Shown here: piece after piece, positions 28,393-37,513 of the stretch
How positions within the stretch are numbered: position 1 is the stretch's first letter
Layout: each line of letters starts with the position of its first letter
NCBI GenBank assembly: GCA_046292385.1
Contig: JBKBRF010000004.1
Span: 1-64,000 of the forward strand
From: Armatimonadota bacterium
GTDB taxonomy: Bacteria; Armatimonadota; SYMT01
Reading direction: 5' to 3'
Length of the DNA stretch: 64,000 nucleotides
Notes under the pieces: model-generated
Database searches by the model: none
Told to the model about the DNA's origin: nothing
Seen by the model: the letters and a program-made list of their open reading frames with translations, nothing else
Position numbers and translations under genes: made by a program

Positions 28393-28725
28393 ACCAAGTA
28401 ATCATTTTTCGGCAATTCTTAACGATTTCTAAACGACCGGAGCCCGGAGCTCATTGCCAAAAGAAATCGCCGCTATTCGCGGAATTCGGTCCGAACGCTG
28501 CGGTCCAGATTACACATTTCCCCACTGAGGGTGTTACACTCGTACGTGTAGTCGGTGAACCGCAGTCACCTTGAGAGTCTGCTTAAGGTTTCTGGCACTG
28601 CGAATTCCCTCCGCCTCTAGAACCCCGCCGCGCCGCATCGACTGCGCTCCGGCCGTTACGCGCCGTCGGAGAGCAGGTGGAAGTGCGCCGGCCTCTCGAT
28701 TTCAGGAATGTGAGACTTCACGGCA

Positions 28726-29304
28726 ATGAGCGAACAGACAACGACAACGGCAGCCCACGCTGGAGAACTGCATCGTGGTCCCGGCGAGGAGTTCTGGCTC
28801 GAGGGTGATGCCGACGTCAAGCCGCTGGTGATCAGACAGGGAGTGGTGGCCTACCGGCGCGGCAGCGTGGCGATCGGTCTGATGGGCCCCGGCGAAGTCG
28901 TGCTGCCGATCCCGGGCACGCCCAAGCTTGGGCCGGCGGCGGCCGACCTCGTGGCGGTCACCGAAGCGACCGTAGGCGAGTACGAGGGCGATCTCGAATC
29001 GAACAAGTACCAGGCCTGTCTGGATAGCGCTCGCGCCGTGGTGGAAGGGGCGGACCGGCTCGGGAATATGTCGCTCCCGCAGCGCCTCGCCGCCCTGCTG
29101 CTCGACATCACCGACATGACCGGGCAGCCGGTAGTCGGGTGCCGGCAGGACATTCTCGCGATGGCCGCGGCCGCACGGCGCGAGACGGTGGCGACGATCC
29201 TCTCCGGCTGGCGCGACGAGGACTGGATCCAGACCCGCTATCGCCGCTGCAAGGTGATGGATCGCGATGCCCTGATCAAGATCCGGGACCGCCGCCCCGA
29301 GTAG
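28726..29304 (+). CDS. Crp/Fnr family transcriptional regulator with divergent effector domain
   Basis: VIRQGVV...GLMGPGEV; LPQRLAALLL; HTH RQDILAMAAAARRETVATIL. Confidence 0.8.
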   Translation: MSEQTTTTAAHAGELHRGPGEEFWLEGDADVKPLVIRQGVVAYRRGSVAIGLMGPGEVVLPIPGTPKLGPAAADLVAVTEATVGEYEGDLESNKYQACLDSARAVVEGADRLGNMSLPQRLAALLLDITDMTGQPVVGCRQDILAMAAAARRETVATILSGWRDEDWIQTRYRRCKVMDRDALIKIRDRRPE

Positions 29305-29361
29305 GTCGGTCCACCGGCTCTCTCCCCAGGGTGCCGCCGGCACCCTGGGGAGCCCTTTCCG

Positions 29362-29967
29362 CTACCGTGCGGTCCCGCTCCGCTCCAGGTAGGCGCGCAC
29401 TTCTTCGAATTGCTCCGGACTGATTGCGTCGTGCTTGCGCAGCGCCGTCAGCAGCTCCGGAAGCGTAAAGACCGAGTGCAGCGTGAGTCCGTGCTCGCGC
29501 AGTGCCTCCGCCCCGCCCTGCTGGCGGTCGATCAGTACCACCACGTCCCGCACCACGAGCCCCGCGGCGGTGAGCGGCTCGATCAGCTCCAGCTTGGCGC
29601 CGCCCGTGGTGATCACGTCATCGATCACCACCGCCACCTGGCCCGGCCGGATCTCTCCCTCTACCCGCTGCCCCGTGCCGTACGCCTTCGCTTCCTTGCG
29701 CGGGTAGATGGCCGGGATTCCGGAAGCGAGGGAGGCGCTGACTGCCAGCGGCAGCCCCGCGTACGGCAGCCCCGCCAGGCAGTCGCACTCCACGGTCCGC
29801 GCCCGGGCCGCCAGCGCTTCTCCTGCCGCCCGCAGCGCGGCGGGGTGCGACACGAGGCCGCGCAGGTCCACGTAGACCGGCGACTTCTGTCCGGACTTCA
29901 GGGTGAACTCTCCGAACTTCACGCCCCCGATCCGGAATAGCTCCAGGGCAAACGCTTCGATCTCCAT
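29362..29967 (-). CDS. pyrE: Orotate phosphoribosyltransferase
   Basis: KFGEFTLKSGQKSPVYVDLR, RKEAKAYG, VIDDVITTG, LIDRQQG. Confidence 0.95.
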   Translation of the reverse strand: MEIEAFALELFRIGGVKFGEFTLKSGQKSPVYVDLRGLVSHPAALRAAGEALAARARTVECDCLAGLPYAGLPLAVSASLASGIPAIYPRKEAKAYGTGQRVEGEIRPGQVAVVIDDVITTGGAKLELIEPLTAAGLVVRDVVVLIDRQQGGAEALREHGLTLHSVFTLPELLTALRKHDAISPEQFEEVRAYLERSGTAR

Positions 29968-30095
29968 CACAGGTCCTCTCTCCGGCGGCCGGCGCCGCGT
30001 GCGCAGCGGTCGGAGTAAGGATAGCCTGCCGGTCACCCGAAGTGCCTCGCGAGGAGCGCCGGTGAGCGGGTGGGCAAGATCCAGAGTAGCAGACG

Positions 30096-30182
30096 TAAAG
30101 AGACCGGGCGCGGGAGGGAAATCGCGTCCGGTCTCGGGTCTGACCTATGTTGTTGTAGGAGAGGGATGATACCGCGTCTCCA
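30096..30182 (-). ncRNA. Candidate ~85-nt small RNA (or pyrE leader) ending in a terminator-like hairpin
   Basis: Upstream GGTTT-N17-GGGTAG and overlapping TAGACT; stem GAGACCGGACGCG/CGCGCCCGGUCUC then UUU; CU-rich single-stranded parts. Confidence 0.4.
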
Positions 30183-30602
30183 CCGGCAGTCTACCCGTCG
30201 CACCCCAAGGGCTAAACCGCTCGCAAAGAAAAGGGTTTCACTCCTAGCGCTCGGGCTCCAGGCGAGCGGTGCCGCCGGTGCCCGGGTCCGGGAGAGCGGG
30301 CTGCGGCTCCAGGGGGAACCAACCGTCGCAAAAGAAACTCCGCACCGCGCGCGTGACTTCGCTCGTCATGTAGAACAGGAATCCGACTCCCGGGCTTCTA
30401 TATTGGTTAGAAAGGCGGACGGGGGCGCGCTGCTGGAGGCGCTGCTCACCCGCTCCGCCGTATACATCGGATATTGCGGCTCGCATGGCGGCGCCCTCCA
30501 GCGGGAAGCCAGCCGTCTGGCGGCCGCTGGACCGCACGATTCCCCACCACCACCTTCCGCGCGGATGCTCAGCAGGTGACGGCGAGCGGGAGATACGCCT
30601 CT

Positions 30603-33600
30603 ATGTCAAACAGGACTCCTTCAGTATTCGATACCACGTTCCGCACCGTCGGCGTGGTGCTGTCTGTCTCCGCCGGTGCCGTATTCGTGGCACACCCCGG
30701 CATCTCCGCTCCCGCGAAGCCCGCCCGAAAGCCGGTGCCGGGTGCCGCCGGGGTGCGTCCCCGAATGCCGATCGCGCCCCCGGCGGCCCCGGACGCGGGC
30801 GATCGCCAGACGGCGAAGCCGGCGGTCGACCTCTACAAGCTCCCCGCACCCACCGACGAGTTCATGCCGCTCAGCCAGGTCAAGCCGGGCATGAAGGGGT
30901 ACGGGCTAACCGTGTTCCGCGGCACCAAGATCGAGCGGTTCGGCGTGGAAGTGCTCGGCGTGATGGAGAAGTCGTACATGGGGCGCCCGCTGGTGCTGGT
31001 GCGGCTCTCCGGCGGGCCGATCAGCGAGCGCGGCGCCTTCCTGATCCAGGGCATGAGCGGCAGCCCGATCTACCTCGATGGGAAGCTGCTCGGCGCCTTC
31101 TCCATGGGGAACGCCTGGCCCAAGGATCCGATCGGTATGGTGACGCCGATCGATGACATGATGGAAGCGCTCGATCCGAAGCTTTCGCAGATCCCCGCGG
31201 GCGGCATCGCGTTCGATCCCGCCGCGCCGGTGGCGAACGTGGCGAGCACGGCGGTGCCGGAGCTGTTCCGCACCCCGCTGAGCGTCGCCTCGCCGGCCGC
31301 GACCGGACGCACCTTCCGGCCGCTCTCGCTGCCGGTGACGGTGAGCGGTCTCTCCGGCCGCAACCTGGAGGCGATGTCCGAGGTACTGCGCCCGTTCAAC
31401 CTGAACGTGATGCAGGGGGCCGGCAGCGTCTCCGAGCCGATCAAGACGGAGCTCGGCCCCGGATCGGCGGTCGGGGTGGCGCTGGTGCGCGGCGACATCG
31501 AGATGACCGCCTTCGGCACCGTGACCCACCGCAAGGGGAACGAGCTGGTCGCCTTCGGCCACCCGTTCTTCCAGATCGGCGCGGTCCAGTTCCCGATGAC
31601 GACGGCCTGGGTGCACGAGGTCTTCTCCGGGTTCGACGTGTCGCACAAGATCTCGTCGGCCGGAGAGGTGATCGGCACGATCATCCAGGACCGGCCCTTC
31701 TCGATCGCCGGGAAGGTGGGGCCCGCCCCCAAGATGATTCCGGTCCGCTACACGGTGAAGGACCAGACCACCGGCCGGGGCCGCACCTACCAGTGTGAAG
31801 CGATCAACCACCCGCTGCTGGTGGGCCGCTTCTTGCCGGTGGCGGTGAACCAGGGTCTCTTCGAGGTGCGCCCGGTTCCGGGTGAGGCGGTCGCGCAGGT
31901 GAAGCTGCGGGTGGAGACGGACGGCGCCGGGACGATCACCCGGGAGAACATCTTCTTCGATCCGGCCGCGATCGACATCACCGCGGTGAGCGAGCTGATG
32001 GAGCTGATGAACGTGCTCAGCGCCAACTCGTTCCAGAAGGTGCCGATCAAGAGCGTCGACGTGGACGTGGTCTTCGAGGAGAAGCGGCCCACCGCGACGG
32101 TGGAGCGGATCTTCCTGCCGCAGGACAAGTTCGAGCCGGGCGACGAGATCGAGGTCGGCGTAGTGCTGCGGCCGTTCCGCAAGGACCCGGTCCTCACCAA
32201 GACGAAGATCCGGGTTCCGGAATCGGCCGCCAACGGCCGCGCGCTGCTGATGGTTCACGGCGGCTCCACCCGGGTCAATCTCAGCTCCCTCTCTTCCGGC
32301 TCCGCCGGTCCGGGCGGGGTGCCGCAGACCGGCGCGCCGGCCGATGCCACCCTGGGCCAGGTGCTGAAGCGGTTCCAGGAGCGGGAGCGCAACGACCAGC
32401 TCATCACGCGGCTCGTCTTCCCCAGCACCTCCGTGGCGATCCAGGGCTCCAAGCTCTCGCAGCTCCCGTCGCCGCTGGTGGAGGTGATGCGAAGCTCCAA
32501 GAGCACCGGCTTCCGCTTCGAGCGGGACGATGCCAAGGCGGTGACCGATTCCGAGCTGATCCTCTCCGGGCTTCAGGTGCTGGCGATCGACGTCCAGCGG
32601 CCGGACCGCCAGGAGAAGCCGCAGCCCGGCGGCGCCTCCAGCGGCGCCGGTCGCCCCAGCACCACCGGCTCCGCCACGCCGATGCAGCTCAACTCCGGCT
32701 TCGGGAATGACGACGAGGAATTCGCAGCCGGCCGCGTGCGCTTCAGCGTGGACGGCCTGCCGCGGGTGGTTCGCCTGACCCCCGAAGAGGACGAGCCGTC
32801 CCGCCTGAAGGGCGACGAAAAGGCGCCGCAGAAGGAAGAAAAGAAGCCGGCCCCGGCGAAGAACGGCGCCAAGCAGGATCCGAAGGCCGGTGCCAAGCCG
32901 GACGACGCCAAGGCGGCGGACAAGCCGGCGGAGAAGGCGGACGACAAGCCGAACCAGGACCCGCTGGTCGGGCGCCAGGCGAAGCTCTGGAAGCAGAGCA
33001 CGGCCGCCGAGTTCGCCGCCGGAACCTTCAAGAGCACCGGCGTGGCGACGACCGGCGACGTGCGGCTCACCCCCAGCCTCAAGCTGGCCCACGAGTCTCC
33101 GGAGCAGTTCGTGTGGAGCGTGGCCGGCGTCGGAGGCGCGGTCTATGCCGGCACGGGTCACGGCGGCCAGGTGCTGCGCCTGGACCAGAACGGCACGGCC
33201 TCCGTCTTCTTCCGCACCGGCGAGCTGGAAGTCCACTCCCTGGGGAAGGACGCGAAGGGGAACCTCTACGTCGGCACCAGCCCCCGCGGCAAGGTCTTCC
33301 GCGTCTCCCCGGACGGTAAGGGGGAAGAGCTGCTCGATCTCTCGGCCGGCTCCTCGGACGACTCGGCTCGGTTCGTGGTCTCGCTCGCCGTGGCGGCGGA
33401 CGGCACCGTCTACGCCGGCACCGGTCCGGAGGCCGCGATCTACCGCGTGAAGCCCGGCGCGAAGGGCGAGCTGCTCTGCAAGCTCCCCGACCAGACGGTG
33501 ATGAGCCTTCACCTGGGCTCGGACGGCGCTCTCTACGCCGGCACGGCGGAGGACGGCGCGATCTACCGCGTCCGTCTCACCGACGCGAGCGCGCAGCCGG

Positions 33601-35108
33601 AGATCCTGTACGACAGCGACGCCAGCGCGATCACCGGGTTGGCACTGGCCCAGGACGGGACGCTCTACGCGGCGGCTTCGCCGAACGGCACGGTCTACAA
33701 GATCACCCCGGACCGCAAGCATTCGGTCCACTTCGCGCACAAGGGCAAGGGCGCGCTCTACGGTCTGCTGGTAGACGGCGGCGGCAACCTGATCACCGCG
33801 ACCGGCGACTCGGTCCTGCGGATCGAGCGGGACGGCACCGCGACCTATCTCGCCGACCCGAAGCGGGCGCAGTTCACCTGTGTCGCGTGGGACGAGGACG
33901 GCCGCATCATCGCCGGTAGCGCCAACGTGGGCAGCATCTACCGCCTGGCGCTCAGCGCCGAGGGCAGCTTCGAGTCGACCGTCCACGATGCCGGCATGCC
34001 GGCCCGCTGGGGCCGGGTGCGCTACTCCGGCATGCTGCCGGACGGCGCGAAGATGCAGGTGGAGACCCGCAGCGGCAACACCCGGGAGCCGGACCGCTCC
34101 TGGAGCGCCTGGCAGCCGCTGGCGTCGCGGGACAGCGGCACCTACGTGGTGAGCCCGGAGGCGCGGTTCCTGCAGTACCGCGTCGTCTTCGAGAGCGCCG
34201 CCGGCTCGCCGTCGCTGCGGGAGATCCAGTTCTCCTACCTGCCGCGGAACCAGGCGCCGAAGGTGACGCTGGCGGCCCCCGCCGCCGGGCAGATCATCCG
34301 CGGCGGCTTCCCGGTCAAGTGGTCCGCCGTCGATCCGGATAAGGACACCCTCACCTACGAGGTCTCCTTCAGCGCGGACCAGGGCAAGACCTGGAAGCCG
34401 GTGGGCGAGACGACTGCCGCGGCCCCGGCCGGCGGTACGCCCGCTCCGCCCTCCGATGACCGCCCCACCCGGGCGGAGGCGCAGGAAGCGCTGAAGCGGT
34501 TCCGCGAGCAGCTCGACAGCGACCAGAGCCTCACTCCGGCCCAGCGGGACGAGAGCTTCAATAAGGCGAAGCAGGTGGTGGAGCAGTATCTGGACGAGAA
34601 TCCGGAGCCGGAGAAGGGCGAGAGCAAGCCGACCCCCGCTCCGGCGGCGGCGGCCTCGCGTCCGGCCGGCACCACCCGCCAGGCGACCCTGACGTGGGAT
34701 ACCAAGTCGGTGCCCGACGGCGTCTATCTGGTCCGCGTCGTAGCCTCGGACAAGGCGAGCAACCCGGGCGAGCCGCTGGCCGACGTGGCGCTCTCCGAGC
34801 CGTTCATCGTCAGCAACACGCCGCCGCAGCTCTTCGTCTTCGAGCGGGGGATCAGCGTGAACGCGCAGAAGGAAGCGGGCGTGGTCGGCTTCGCCTCCGG
34901 GCGTGTCAGCCTCCAGGGCGCCCAGTACCGGGTCGACGGCGGCGACTGGACCGCCATCGAGCCGGACGACGGCATCTGGGACAGCGCCTCGGAGCACTTC
35001 CGATTCACCGTTCCGGCAGCCGCCGCGGGCGAGTGGACGGTGGAGGTGAAGCTGGTCGACGTGGCCGGCAACTCCAGCACCACCAAGGTGAAGTACAAGG
35101 TCCCGTAA
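30603..35108 (+). CDS. Large secreted protein: SpoIVB-like S55 peptidase domain, beta-propeller repeats and Ig/FN3-like C-terminus
   Basis: PLSQVKPGMKGYGLTVFRG, QGMSGSPIYLDGKLLGA, VAFGHPF; repeated DGTVYAGT blades; ARFLQYR. Confidence 0.85.
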   Translation: MSNRTPSVFDTTFRTVGVVLSVSAGAVFVAHPGISAPAKPARKPVPGAAGVRPRMPIAPPAAPDAGDRQTAKPAVDLYKLPAPTDEFMPLSQVKPGMKGYGLTVFRGTKIERFGVEVLGVMEKSYMGRPLVLVRLSGGPISERGAFLIQGMSGSPIYLDGKLLGAFSMGNAWPKDPIGMVTPIDDMMEALDPKLSQIPAGGIAFDPAAPVANVASTAVPELFRTPLSVASPAATGRTFRPLSLPVTVSGLSGRNLEAMSEVLRPFNLNVMQGAGSVSEPIKTELGPGSAVGVALVRGDIEMTAFGTVTHRKGNELVAFGHPFFQIGAVQFPMTTAWVHEVFSGFDVSHKISSAGEVIGTIIQDRPFSIAGKVGPAPKMIPVRYTVKDQTTGRGRTYQCEAINHPLLVGRFLPVAVNQGLFEVRPVPGEAVAQVKLRVETDGAGTITRENIFFDPAAIDITAVSELMELMNVLSANSFQKVPIKSVDVDVVFEEKRPTATVERIFLPQDKFEPGDEIEVGVVLRPFRKDPVLTKTKIRVPESAANGRALLMVHGGSTRVNLSSLSSGSAGPGGVPQTGAPADATLGQVLKRFQERERNDQLITRLVFPSTSVAIQGSKLSQLPSPLVEVMRSSKSTGFRFERDDAKAVTDSELILSGLQVLAIDVQRPDRQEKPQPGGASSGAGRPSTTGSATPMQLNSGFGNDDEEFAAGRVRFSVDGLPRVVRLTPEEDEPSRLKGDEKAPQKEEKKPAPAKNGAKQDPKAGAKPDDAKAADKPAEKADDKPNQDPLVGRQAKLWKQSTAAEFAAGTFKSTGVATTGDVRLTPSLKLAHESPEQFVWSVAGVGGAVYAGTGHGGQVLRLDQNGTASVFFRTGELEVHSLGKDAKGNLYVGTSPRGKVFRVSPDGKGEELLDLSAGSSDDSARFVVSLAVAADGTVYAGTGPEAAIYRVKPGAKGELLCKLPDQTVMSLHLGSDGALYAGTAEDGAIYRVRLTDASAQPEILYDSDASAITGLALAQDGTLYAAASPNGTVYKITPDRKHSVHFAHKGKGALYGLLVDGGGNLITATGDSVLRIERDGTATYLADPKRAQFTCVAWDEDGRIIAGSANVGSIYRLALSAEGSFESTVHDAGMPARWGRVRYSGMLPDGAKMQVETRSGNTREPDRSWSAWQPLASRDSGTYVVSPEARFLQYRVVFESAAGSPSLREIQFSYLPRNQAPKVTLAAPAAGQIIRGGFPVKWSAVDPDKDTLTYEVSFSADQGKTWKPVGETTAAAPAGGTPAPPSDDRPTRAEAQEALKRFREQLDSDQSLTPAQRDESFNKAKQVVEQYLDENPEPEKGESKPTPAPAAAASRPAGTTRQATLTWDTKSVPDGVYLVRVVASDKASNPGEPLADVALSEPFIVSNTPPQLFVFERGISVNAQKEAGVVGFASGRVSLQGAQYRVDGGDWTAIEPDDGIWDSASEHFRFTVPAAAAGEWTVEVKLVDVAGNSSTTKVKYKVP

Positions 35109-35263
35109 GCGTAGGTGGGCAGGCTTCCGGTTAGCTCTCGCAGGGCAGAAAGCTCCAGAGCGCCGGAGCCAGACCCCGGAAACCTGCGGGTGCCGCCCGC
35201 ATCGGATAGAACGCAGACGGAGCTCCGGCTCCGTCTGCCTCGTTTTCTGCCCAGGACTTCCCC

Positions 35264-36334
35264 ATGCTGCAGTCGATCCTGCCGCTGCTCTCCTGCCCCG
35301 CCCGCTCCGTGCCGGCCCGTCCGTGCGGCGGCACGCTGCTGGTTCAGGACTCCCCCGCGCTGCCGCTCCGATTCGATCCCGCGCTCCGCGATGACCTGCT
35401 GGAGGGACTGCTCCGCTGCGTCTCCTGCGGCAAGGACTACCCGGTGCTCTCCGGCGTGGCGGTGCTCCATCCGGATCCGGACGACTATCTCCGCCGCTAT
35501 GGGCGCGCGGTGCTCCGGGATCTCGACCGGCACGGCTCAGCCCCCCCGGAAGTCCGGCGGTGGCTGGTGCGGCGGACCGGCCGAGAGGCGGAGCAGGACG
35601 ACTACGGCGCCGACTTCCGCTACTCGCAGCAATTCGAAGGTCCGTACGCGGTCGCCGGCGCGATGCTGGAGCAGCCGGAGGCGCTGTATGGGCCTTACGC
35701 GGAGTGGCTGCGGCAGATCGAGGGGCAGGGCCCCTACGACGTGCTGGCGGGCTGGGGCAGGGAGGCGGCCCGCCGCGGGTTCCTGCTGGACGCGGGCTGC
35801 GGGGGTGGGGGACTGCTGGTGCGGGCGGCAGAGGCGTACCAGGCGGCGTTCGGGGTCGATCTCTCCTTCCTCGCCATCCTGCTTGCCCGGCGCGCGCTGC
35901 TCCACCGGCCGGAGGCGGAGCGCTCCTACCTGCTGGTCACCCGGCGCGGCGAAGAGCGCGAGCGACCCCTCTCGGTTCCGCGCCTGCGGAACACCGAGTT
36001 GGTGGTCGGCGACGCGGCGGCGGTCCCGTTCGCACCCGGCCTGTTCGACACCGTTTGCAGCTGCAACGTGATCGACATCGCCGGCATCGAGGGTCCGCTC
36101 TCGGAGGCGGCGCGGGTGCTGGGAAAGGGCGGCTCGCTGCTGCTGTCGGACCCGTTCTTCTTCCGGGACGGCGAGGCACCGCCCCGAGACCCGAAGGAGG
36201 CGCTGCATCGGGCTCTGCGGGCGCGGGGGCTGCAGATACAGCGCGAGCGAGACGCGGTACCATGGGCATGGGCTACCTACGACCGGCACTGGCACGTCTA
36301 CTTCAACTACTGTGTCGCGGCGGTCAAGGAATAG
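35264..36334 (+). CDS. Class I SAM-dependent methyltransferase with N-terminal Trm112-like zinc ribbon
   Basis: LLSCP...CGGTL...LRCVSCGKDYPVLSGV; LLDAGCGGG; GVDLS; VGDAAAVPF. Confidence 0.8.
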   Translation: MLQSILPLLSCPARSVPARPCGGTLLVQDSPALPLRFDPALRDDLLEGLLRCVSCGKDYPVLSGVAVLHPDPDDYLRRYGRAVLRDLDRHGSAPPEVRRWLVRRTGREAEQDDYGADFRYSQQFEGPYAVAGAMLEQPEALYGPYAEWLRQIEGQGPYDVLAGWGREAARRGFLLDAGCGGGGLLVRAAEAYQAAFGVDLSFLAILLARRALLHRPEAERSYLLVTRRGEERERPLSVPRLRNTELVVGDAAAVPFAPGLFDTVCSCNVIDIAGIEGPLSEAARVLGKGGSLLLSDPFFFRDGEAPPRDPKEALHRALRARGLQIQRERDAVPWAWATYDRHWHVYFNYCVAAVKE

Positions 36335-36385
36335 ACATCCACCCGGACGCGCCGGTAAAGAGTCCGCGGATGGGGAGGAGGCCGG

Positions 36386-37411
36386 ATGAGCGGATCGACA
36401 CGACTGATAGCCGTAGTGGGCGGGATCGCCGCGGGGGCGGTCGCCGGAACGGTGGCCCTCTTGCTGCTGATGCCGGCGGTACGGCCATCGGGGGACGGCA
36501 CCCGGCCCGCGCCGCCGGCAGTAACCCCTCCGGCAGCCAATGCTTCGGGGGTGCCCGCCGTCGGATCGGAGCCGGTCCAGGCGAATGGCCCCGCCGCACT
36601 GGCTCCGGCGGCGTCTGCCGTCGATCCCGCGGCCCTTCAGCGGCTCCTGGAGAGCTCCGCGGAGGAGCTCCCCGGGAAGGTGGCGATCCACGTCCGGATT
36701 GACGGCGGCCCGGAAGCCGGGGTGCTGGCGAACGAGCAGATGCGGGCCGCCAGCGTGATCAAGCTGCCGCTCCTGGCGGTACTCTTCGCCGCCTGGGAGA
36801 GCGGGCTGGTGAAGCGGACCTCCGCGGACCTGGAGCGCGCCCGCAAAATGATCACCCAGAGCGCCAATCCGGAGGCGGACGCGCTGATCCGCCGCCTGGG
36901 AATGGACAGGGTGAACGACTGGCTGGATAACCACGGCTACACCGGCACGGAGCTCCGCCACCTGCTGCTGGGTGAGCGTCCCCGGGGCGAGAACGTGGTG
37001 AGCGCTGCCGAGATGACCCGGATGCTGCTCGAGATCGGCCGGGGAGAGCTGGTGAGCCCGGCCGCCAGTGCGGAGATGCGACAGATTCTGCAGGCGCAGA
37101 CGCGGCGTACCCGCATTCCGGCCGGTCTTCCGGAGGAGGCAGTGGTCGGCAACAAGACCGGCACGCTGAATGGGGTGGTGAACGACGTGGCGTTGGTGGA
37201 GGCGCCGGGACTGCCGCGCTACGCCATCGCCGTCCTGAACGAAGGCGGGAGCGACGTGGCGACCTCCCGGCGGATCGCCGAGCTGAGCCGGAAGGTCTAC
37301 CAGCTGCTGCGGAGCAGCGCGGCTCCGGAGTCCGCTTCCGGGAATGGGCCGTCGTCCGCCGCTCCGGAGAGCGGCTCCGGCACCGCGCCGCCCGCCGGCA
37401 ATCGGCCCTGA
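36386..37411 (+). CDS. Membrane-anchored class A beta-lactamase-like serine hydrolase
   Basis: SxxK (ASVIK), SxN (SAN), KTG motifs; N-terminal TM and Pro/Ala linker. Confidence 0.85.
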   Translation: MSGSTRLIAVVGGIAAGAVAGTVALLLLMPAVRPSGDGTRPAPPAVTPPAANASGVPAVGSEPVQANGPAALAPAASAVDPAALQRLLESSAEELPGKVAIHVRIDGGPEAGVLANEQMRAASVIKLPLLAVLFAAWESGLVKRTSADLERARKMITQSANPEADALIRRLGMDRVNDWLDNHGYTGTELRHLLLGERPRGENVVSAAEMTRMLLEIGRGELVSPAASAEMRQILQAQTRRTRIPAGLPEEAVVGNKTGTLNGVVNDVALVEAPGLPRYAIAVLNEGGSDVATSRRIAELSRKVYQLLRSSAAPESASGNGPSSAAPESGSGTAPPAGNRP

Positions 37412-37513
37412 TGTCCGCCAACCGATCGAGCTACTCGCGCATTCCAGAAGTATCACCGCCGGGATCGGCCGCTCCGGCTCCGGAGCGGTCCCGGTGAGCC
37501 AGGAGGGCGCGAG

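Noticed and set aside
30200..30245. c-di-GMP-I riboswitch-like string GGGCTAAACC...CGCAAAG
   Set aside because: No GNRA-capped P2 stem, GGGACGCAAA junction or P3 stem
30386..30405. ykkC/PRPP riboswitch-like 3' motif ATAGAAGCCCGGGAG on the minus strand upstream of pyrE
   Set aside because: The 5' CUAGGGUUCC and central conserved elements are not visible; an Infernal search would settle it
30244..30579. Short ORFs in the pyrE / S55 intergenic region
   Set aside because: No clear RBS or motifs and atypical composition
30906..34997. Very long antisense ORFs (this 1363-aa one, also 35537-38029, 12122-13726, 3790-5451 and similar)
   Set aside because: Shadow frames of high-GC genes with no recognisable motifs
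36386..37411. Acquired antibiotic-resistance beta-lactamase
   Set aside because: Membrane anchor, no mobile context and no evident Glu166-type omega-loop motif; more like a PBP-A-type hydrolase
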